From positions 1 to 64,000 of the IMG/VR virus record IMGVR_UViG_3300045988_046933: a stretch of 64,000 nt of DNA; one strand, written 5' to 3'. The notes below the pieces were generated by a model. It was not told the origin of the DNA. It did no database searches and saw only the letters and a program-made list of their open reading frames with translations. Of the stretch, positions 58,696 through 64,000 are shown piece by piece. The stretch is from a virus. The position numbers and the translations under genes are program-made. Position 1 is the stretch's first letter. Each line of letters begins with the position of its first letter.

Positions 58696-59043
58696 TTATA
58701 TTTTTAGTAATGTTTTATTAGTGTGTTTTTCAACTACTTTAAGTACTTCTGCCATAATATAATCTAATAGATAAGCATCTACTTCATCATTCATTGCATT
58801 GGGAGAATATCCTATTCTAGTCCATACAGCATTTTTTACATGCAAGCACTCATGTGCTATAACTGACATATCATTAGAAGCTATAATTATTGTAGCTTTC
58901 CCATTACCGTGGTCTATAACACAAGAATCAGCTTCAATGTTTATATTAGAATTTATCTCTAAAGCTTCCTTAATATCATCTACTATTACTATTCTTAGCT
59001 TTAATCTGAATATAGGTATATTAATGTCTTTCTTTGTTATCAT
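58696..59043 (-). CDS. small HExxH zinc-metallopeptidase-like protein
   Basis: 115 aa. VIAHECLHV has HExxH at nt 58840-58854 (His64). A downstream acidic NDEVDAY could supply the third ligand. Confidence 0.45.
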   Translation of the reverse strand: MITKKDINIPIFRLKLRIVIVDDIKEALEINSNINIEADSCVIDHGNGKATIIIASNDMSVIAHECLHVKNAVWTRIGYSPNAMNDEVDAYLLDYIMAEVLKVVEKHTNKTLLKI

Positions 59044-59335
59044 TTCTTCTACCCTTTATTACATTATCTAGAGTCTTTTCCTCCCAAAATAACTCCTTAA
59101 AACCTATAACCTTTTCTCCCCTAGGTATTACTCCTTCTCTAACTAAATTATCAAACGTGGCTCTACTTACATTAAGTTTCTGACAAGCTTGGTATTTACT
59201 AAGTCTTTGTGTTTTATCTGTATAAGACTTAATAACTTTTATCATTTCCATAGCTTCATCCTCAGTAATGTTAGAATTACCACAATCTATATCATTTATT
59301 ATTTTTTCTAACAGTGATTTTATTATCTTTAACAT
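59021..59335 (-). CDS. helix-turn-helix DNA-binding protein (excisionase/MerR-like HTH)
   Basis: LSKYQACQKLNVSRATFDNLVREGVIPRGEKVIGFKELFW has the typical AlpA/Xis-type HTH pattern. Confidence 0.55.
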   Translation of the reverse strand: MLKIIKSLLEKIINDIDCGNSNITEDEAMEMIKVIKSYTDKTQRLSKYQACQKLNVSRATFDNLVREGVIPRGEKVIGFKELFWEEKTLDNVIKGRRNDNKERH

Positions 59336-59684
59336 AAAGAATCAATACTATAAATAATGTTATTCCTACTAATATATTATGTATTCTGATTAAATTATCA
59401 GTGCTAATTGGTATATTCCAATAATAGTCAACTATATTTAATATGTCATCTATTAGGATATACCAAAGGAACATTCTATGGTAAGAGTAAAACTCAAACA
59501 CAACAGAAGCTAGATATAAGAATACCCATGTTAATAGAGACACTCCTGCTATATTACTTAATGGTTCTATATAGAACATTGTATTAAGCATGTAGCATAA
59601 AGCTATTACCATTGGTATGTATTTCAATACTAACAGTAATAGCTTGTGAAGATTACTTCTTCTTGATTTTTCCACCACAACCAT
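59292..59684 (-). CDS. multi-pass membrane protein (holin candidate)
   Basis: 130 aa with 3-4 hydrophobic spans: LLLLVLKYIPMVIALCYML, IAGVSLLTWVFLYLASVVF, MFLWYILIDDILNIV and ILVGITLFIVLILYV. Confidence 0.45.
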   Translation of the reverse strand: MVVVEKSRRSNLHKLLLLVLKYIPMVIALCYMLNTMFYIEPLSNIAGVSLLTWVFLYLASVVFEFYSYHRMFLWYILIDDILNIVDYYWNIPISTDNLIRIHNILVGITLFIVLILYVKDNKITVRKNNK

Positions 59685-59757
59685 ACTTAGTTCCCTTACC
59701 TACACCTGCTTTAGGAGACATTGGTTTTGGTCTTTTCTTTGATGAACTTTTTGCCAT
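59653..59757 (-). CDS. candidate 34-aa highly basic micro-protein
   Basis: MAKSSSKKRPKPMSPKAGVGKGTKYGCGGKIKKK. It starts 2 nt after the upstream stop. It overlaps the annotated start of the membrane-protein ORF in another frame. Confidence 0.25.
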   Translation of the reverse strand: MAKSSSKKRPKPMSPKAGVGKGTKYGCGGKIKKK

Positions 59758-59759
59758 AA

Positions 59760-60215
59760 TTATATTATTTTAATTGTTATTTTATCCTTACTATTCTTTA
59801 ATATATTATAAAGCTTTTCAAAAGTAATTTTACTGTTAATTACTTTACCTTTTACTTTGTTTTCCCCTACAATTAAACATCCTGAAGTATCTAATTGTGT
59901 ATTGCCACAATGTATTAAGATACCTTCAAAACCTTTAACATTAAGAAGTCTTGGTAATTTACCATTACAAACTTTTTTATAAAAAGGAATATTGCCAAAC
60001 TTAGAACTGAATACATCTAATGTAACATCATAAGTTCCTGTAGGAATTGCTGTCATATTAGGCTTCTTTATAAGTTTAATCTGTTCTGTAGTCATAGAGT
60101 CCTTTAATCCTCTGTCTTTATCTTCTATAACTTCACAGAACTTCTTATTATCTATTGACAATATACCTATGGTATAATCACTCTTTTTCCACTTTCTTTC
60201 TAGTACCAGTTCCAT
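59760..60215 (-). CDS. DUF5675-like protein with a YkuD-like His/Cys signature (endolysin candidate)
   Basis: AIPTGTYDV...LLNVKGFEGILIHCGNTQLDTSGCLIVGEN. The H-x10-GC spacing resembles L,D-transpeptidase-fold catalytic centres. Confidence 0.4.
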   Translation of the reverse strand: MELVLERKWKKSDYTIGILSIDNKKFCEVIEDKDRGLKDSMTTEQIKLIKKPNMTAIPTGTYDVTLDVFSSKFGNIPFYKKVCNGKLPRLLNVKGFEGILIHCGNTQLDTSGCLIVGENKVKGKVINSKITFEKLYNILKNSKDKITIKII

Positions 60216-60393
60216 CCTTTTTAAAATCTTCTAATGGTATTACTACAAAAGTTTTAATTTCTCCAGATTCTAATTTTCTTAGTATAGTGTAGTCTTCCTC
60301 TTCAGAAACTAAGACCTCATTATTAGTTAGTAAATTAGCATCACCCTCTACTAGAGTTAGATGTTTCATCGAACCTATCTTTGTTTTTCCCAT
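60178..60393 (-). CDS. hypothetical small acidic protein
   Basis: 71-aa ORF. Met9 (nt 60369) is an alternative start that would reduce the overlap with the upstream gene. Confidence 0.4.
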   Translation of the reverse strand: MGKTKIGSMKHLTLVEGDANLLTNNEVLVSEEEDYTILRKLESGEIKTFVVIPLEDFKKDGTGTRKKVEKE

Positions 60394-60709
60394 ATTTCCT
60401 AATTGTTTCTCTAATTCTGTGTGAACAAGTTAAATCCATACAGATATTCATTGTTAAATTAAGTACTTGTTTTCTCAATTCTTGCACTTCTTTTTCTAGC
60501 TCATTATTTCTTTCTGTAATTTCTTCTAGTCTATTTTTATTATCATCAGAAAGTGATTTATAAAACTCTAAAGACTTCTCCATTTTTTCTACTAGATTTA
60601 AATCTACTTCTGAATTATATTTTCTTCTTGCTAAAAACCAAGTAGTCCAGCTAGAAATTATACTAGTTAATAAGCCAACTCCTCCTGTAATAAGAATACT
60701 AATATCCAT
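60341..60709 (-). CDS. type II membrane protein with a coiled coil (i-spanin-like or holin-like)
   Basis: N-terminal TM segment ISILITGGVGLLTSIISSWTTWFLA, followed by a heptad-rich LEFYKSLSDDNKNRLEEITERNNELEKEVQELRKQVLNL. Confidence 0.45.
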   Translation of the reverse strand: MDISILITGGVGLLTSIISSWTTWFLARRKYNSEVDLNLVEKMEKSLEFYKSLSDDNKNRLEEITERNNELEKEVQELRKQVLNLTMNICMDLTCSHRIRETIRKYGKNKDRFDETSNSSRG

Positions 60710-61107
60710 TATCGTAATTTAAATTTATAATACAAAAATATTATTATACAAGAGAATAATATACCTCCTAACCACATTAAAGACTTTTGCCACCAATAAA
60801 TGTGATTAACTTCTACTTGGTTTTCTACTGTTATTACTTTAGGAATTGTGTCAGTTTTTAATATAGTATCTACTTTATTTATATACTGAAACTTTGTATG
60901 CCATTTAGTAATGTATAAAGTATCTCCTTTTTGCCATCTATCTATACTATCTCTTACATAAACACTATCAATTTTAATACTATTTATATATTCTTTCTTT
61001 ATTGTTTCTACAGGTATTTCTACTACCTTTGTAGCAGTCTTACATGAAGAAATAATCATTATTAATAATAATGTACAAAGGTAATAAAAATTTCTCATAA
61101 AAACCAA
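60709..61107 (-). CDS. lipoprotein with a C-terminal transmembrane anchor (unimolecular-spanin-like topology)
   Basis: The signal peptide plus lipobox reads LCTLLLIMIISSC-K (Cys22). The C-terminal TM segment is SLMWLGGILFSCIIIFLYY, followed by KFKLR. 132 aa. Confidence 0.5.
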   Translation of the reverse strand: MVFMRNFYYLCTLLLIMIISSCKTATKVVEIPVETIKKEYINSIKIDSVYVRDSIDRWQKGDTLYITKWHTKFQYINKVDTILKTDTIPKVITVENQVEVNHIYWWQKSLMWLGGILFSCIIIFLYYKFKLR

Positions 61108-61144
61108 ATTAACTTAATTCTTTTTATTCTTTAATAGGATTTAC

Positions 61145-62863
61145 CTAATCTATTATACAGCATTTAACAAAACCGTATTGTCTATACCCATTTTCCCAGC
61201 TGCGAAAACAAGTAAGAAAAGCCAAGCCCAAGCCACATTTCGAGTCAGAGACAGCACCACCTCCAACAACAGTAGACTGTAAATCTGCATAAGTATTGTC
61301 ATTTCTATAAGAACTCATATAGTTAGTATTGTCAGATGTTTTATCAGTTATTAAATCAGCAGTTTTACCAACTACTATGTTTTTAGCCCAATTACTCTTT
61401 GGAACATCAATACTGATTATATGCTCTTTATTACTTATATCATTGCTAAAGTTATCAGGGTTATCTGTAAAATAGAAATTTCTCTTCTTAGTTGTAGAAT
61501 CATACTTTGATATAAAGTTGTCAATATACAAATAAGTATCTCCATACCAGAATGTATTAAATCCTCTATAACAAGGTACATTTAATTGTCTCTGTGTATA
61601 TCCATCATTAAAAGAATGACTAGGCTTCTGTATTATCTTGGTATTGTTACCAAACAATAGTGTATAATCTACAGGAACATTTGGTGTCTGAGTATTATAT
61701 CTATGCCAGCCATCTACAAAAATTAAACCTTCACCTAAACCACCTTGATGGTATCCTTCATCAGTTAGATTACTATTAAATGGTTTCTTTACATCAAAGT
61801 CAGCATATTCTATGAAATAACACCATACTATAGCATTCCATATTTGATAATACAACATGTGGCTACCTTTTATCTTTTGGGTATATTCTCTCATTGTAGC
61901 AAGTGGCATGGATGAAGCAGCTTTACCAAGCATTGTTCTAAAGTTGTTATCACCTAGATATTGGTCATAATCTGTGTTATTGTCGCCACCTCTGAGATTA
62001 GGTTGATAATTAACAACACTTACAGCTGTATTGGCAGATAAAGTATTTAGCCATCCCCATTTATCATCATTCATAGCTGTTCTTAACAAAGGACATCTAC
62101 TTATACCAATAAGGTGTGCTTTAACTTCTCTGGCATAGTTTACACACTTCTTCTCTGATTGCCATACTTCATCACCAGCACCATCATTATCTACAGACCA
62201 TATATAGAACTTAGGAGTATATACACTTATTTCTCCATCATAACCATTAATAGAACAACCAAATTCAAGTGTTGGTGTTATAGTTTCACCTGTTATAGGA
62301 CCATCTGTAGTAATATAAACTTCCTTATTAACTGTATCTACTTTAATAACTCTAGCTATTACACTATCATTTATCTTAATCCAAGCATATAAATACTTAT
62401 AAGTAGTTACCATTAATATTGCTTCACTATACCTAGCTAAAACACTAGGTTCAAACGCCAAAATATAATTATATGCAGAGCTTGGACTATAGTCAGAAGG
62501 TACTATATTCTTTTCAGCACTAGGACTCCACAAATATATTCTTTCATTTACAATTCTATATCCAGTATTATCTTTTCTAAATCTACTGTCATTAGGGTCA
62601 CACCAATATTTAATATCAGTACCTTGATGTATGCAAGTAGCAAACTTAGATTGTATAGGTAATGTTTTATGTAACTCAAGATTACCTATTCTTTCACAAG
62701 CTGTAGTAGCTTGACTATCAGGAACTGTGTGGTCCCATCTAATACCATAGGCATATTTATTAGGGTCTGGTAAAGCATTCCATAGAACTCTACCTTCATT
62801 ATCCTCTATTTTAGCTACTTTGCCTTCTGGTATTTCTATAGCTGTAACTTTACTAAAATCCAT
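61145..62863 (-). CDS. tail fibre/spike-like protein
   Basis: 572-aa ORF between a fibre-like gene and the lysis-like cassette. It is beta-rich and has a Cys-rich C-terminus. The call rests on context only. Confidence 0.4.
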   Translation of the reverse strand: MDFSKVTAIEIPEGKVAKIEDNEGRVLWNALPDPNKYAYGIRWDHTVPDSQATTACERIGNLELHKTLPIQSKFATCIHQGTDIKYWCDPNDSRFRKDNTGYRIVNERIYLWSPSAEKNIVPSDYSPSSAYNYILAFEPSVLARYSEAILMVTTYKYLYAWIKINDSVIARVIKVDTVNKEVYITTDGPITGETITPTLEFGCSINGYDGEISVYTPKFYIWSVDNDGAGDEVWQSEKKCVNYAREVKAHLIGISRCPLLRTAMNDDKWGWLNTLSANTAVSVVNYQPNLRGGDNNTDYDQYLGDNNFRTMLGKAASSMPLATMREYTQKIKGSHMLYYQIWNAIVWCYFIEYADFDVKKPFNSNLTDEGYHQGGLGEGLIFVDGWHRYNTQTPNVPVDYTLLFGNNTKIIQKPSHSFNDGYTQRQLNVPCYRGFNTFWYGDTYLYIDNFISKYDSTTKKRNFYFTDNPDNFSNDISNKEHIISIDVPKSNWAKNIVVGKTADLITDKTSDNTNYMSSYRNDNTYADLQSTVVGGGAVSDSKCGLGLAFLTCFRSWENGYRQYGFVKCCIID

Positions 62864-62867
62864 ATTA

Positions 62868-63803
62868 TTAACTATTAGTTGTACTTACTACTCTTATTGA
62901 TTTTGTTACTTTAGAACCATCTTCTAAAGTAAATATAAAGGATTCTTCAGGACCTATCTCAGCTAAAGTTCCATCAGAAGAAAAAACTCTATTTACAGCT
63001 CCTTCCTTGTATGCTTTTAAATATCCTAAATTACCTTTCATCACATATAATGTATATAAAAAATTACAACTTACATTATTAAGTGACTTTATATTTTGAC
63101 ACTGTATAGCTCCTGTAAATACTGCACCACTAAGTTTAGCATAACCACTTAAATCAGGAGTTGCATTAAACTCACCCATCTTTTCCCAAGCAAATTGACC
63201 ATCTGTTTGTTTAATATAGGCATATTCTGTGTACTTATTTTCCTCTCCTACTTTTGAAGAAAGTACACAATAAAGCTTTGATGTGGAAATATTCTCAGTA
63301 GGTAATTCAGTAACTACTTCAAATAAATCTGTGTTAAGATTAGTAAGGTCTATGTCAGTACTAGCTTTAGTAACTGAACCATCCTTACCTATATTATAAA
63401 TAACAGCTCTACCACTACTTGTAACTATAAAAGCTTCACCTCCTGTAGTAGGCAACCATTTAGCTGCACCATAACCATAGTCAATATCAGCAAAGAATAA
63501 ATGGTCTACTGATTGTATAGCTTGTAGTTTAGCCAAGTTATTAGCCTTAACACTTTCACTATTACCTATTTCAAGCTCTATTACAGCTTTACTGTTAAGC
63601 ACTGCTACATCTTTCTGTATATTACCTACTTCTTTATCAAGATTGTCTACCTTTTCCTCAAGTTCTTTTTGGTCAGGAGTTTCACCTCCTGCAATAGTTA
63701 TCCACTCTCCATTAACAAATACTTTAGCTATGCCTTTATTCAACCATAGACTGTCTATGCTTGGAGGTGTAGTACTCTCTACAATATTTCTCTTTCTTAA
63801 CAT
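62868..63803 (-). CDS. tail fibre-like protein with an N-terminal coiled coil
   Basis: PPSIDSLWLNKGIAKVFVNGEWITI is followed by the heptad stretch ELEEKVDNLDKEVGNIQKDVAVLNS. Confidence 0.45.
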   Translation of the reverse strand: MLRKRNIVESTTPPSIDSLWLNKGIAKVFVNGEWITIAGGETPDQKELEEKVDNLDKEVGNIQKDVAVLNSKAVIELEIGNSESVKANNLAKLQAIQSVDHLFFADIDYGYGAAKWLPTTGGEAFIVTSSGRAVIYNIGKDGSVTKASTDIDLTNLNTDLFEVVTELPTENISTSKLYCVLSSKVGEENKYTEYAYIKQTDGQFAWEKMGEFNATPDLSGYAKLSGAVFTGAIQCQNIKSLNNVSCNFLYTLYVMKGNLGYLKAYKEGAVNRVFSSDGTLAEIGPEESFIFTLEDGSKVTKSIRVVSTTNS

Positions 63804-63805
63804 AA

Positions 63806-64000
63806 TTATTTATTATTAGTTATATTCTTTTTTCTCAAAGCTTCTCTCTTAATCTCATTGTCATTCTTAGCTTTTTCTTTATCTAGATTAAGTCTTTCTC
63901 TGTCCAATTTCAATCTTTCATCGAATTGTCTCATCTTTTCCTCTAAATTAGCTTTAGCTTCTTCACTAAATTCAGGTTCTTCTATACCGTCATCTTCTTT
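63806..64000 (-). CDS. 3' end of a coiled-coil protein gene. The 5' part lies beyond the window.
   Basis: The minus frame is open from nt 64000 to the TAA at 63806-63808. It reads ...EEAKANLEEKMRQFDERLKLDRERLNLDKEKAKNDNEIKREALRKKNITNNK. Confidence 0.6.
   Translation of the reverse strand, partial: KEDDGIEEPEFSEEAKANLEEKMRQFDERLKLDRERLNLDKEKAKNDNEIKREALRKKNITNNK

Noticed and set aside
61108-61144. Near-match promoter box (TAATTTG, one spacer base short) upstream of the lipoprotein gene
   Set aside because: It does not fit TAnnTTTG and has no -33 TTTG at suitable spacing. The cassette is probably co-transcribed with the upstream fibre-like genes.
1-64000. tRNA genes, CRISPR arrays, integrase or other lysogeny genes, self-splicing introns or inteins, and stop-codon reassignment (TAG or TGA recoding, which is known in some crAss-like lineages)
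   Set aside because: The intergenic gaps are too short or lack cloverleaf-like T-arm and anticodon-arm structure. No spaced direct repeats were seen. The Xis-type HTH has no integrase partner in the window. NrdD, PolA and the 1470-2809-aa ORFs are uninterrupted under the standard code, so there is no sign of recoding or intervening elements.

Overview
The window is a contiguous piece of a crAss-like (Crassvirales-type) podophage genome. It is strongly AT-rich and densely coded, and it is split into two convergent blocks. All calls rest on motif recognition in the supplied translations and on hand-folded hairpins; no database search was possible.

Plus-strand block, nt 2-18309: replication and nucleotide metabolism. 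It encodes a GHKL ATPase, UDG, two PD-(D/E)XK nucleases, anaerobic RNR NrdD/NrdG, dUTPase, a family A DNA polymerase, DUF3310, an RNA ligase, a ThyX-like protein and a vWA protein. A terminator follows. A host-type promoter then drives two giant virion-protein genes at 18433-29890. The first is the crAss-type virion RNA polymerase with a DFDID catalytic motif.

Minus-strand block, nt 64000 down to 29955: tail-fibre-like genes, then a small accessory and lysis-like cassette. Next comes the scaffold, major capsid and connector unit, then a tail unit that includes a virion peptidoglycan hydrolase and a 1562-aa protein. Last is a three-gene unit for ejected proteins (872, 527 and 2809 aa).

Both blocks end at a shared bidirectional terminator near nt 29.9 kb. 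Promoters of the form TTTG-N18-20-TAnCTTTGCA point to a Bacteroidota host.

No tRNA, rRNA, CRISPR array, integrase or stop-codon recoding was seen.

The most interesting items are:
- the 2809-aa polyvalent protein carrying ART-like, HExxH and PD-(D/E)XK modules;
- a lysis-like cassette with a u-spanin-like lipoprotein and a His/Cys (DUF5675/YkuD-like) protein;
- a stand-alone promoter-to-terminator mini unit whose micro-ORF changes frame at an in-frame T_TTA_AAC heptamer;
- a membrane-anchored retropepsin-like protease in the replication block.
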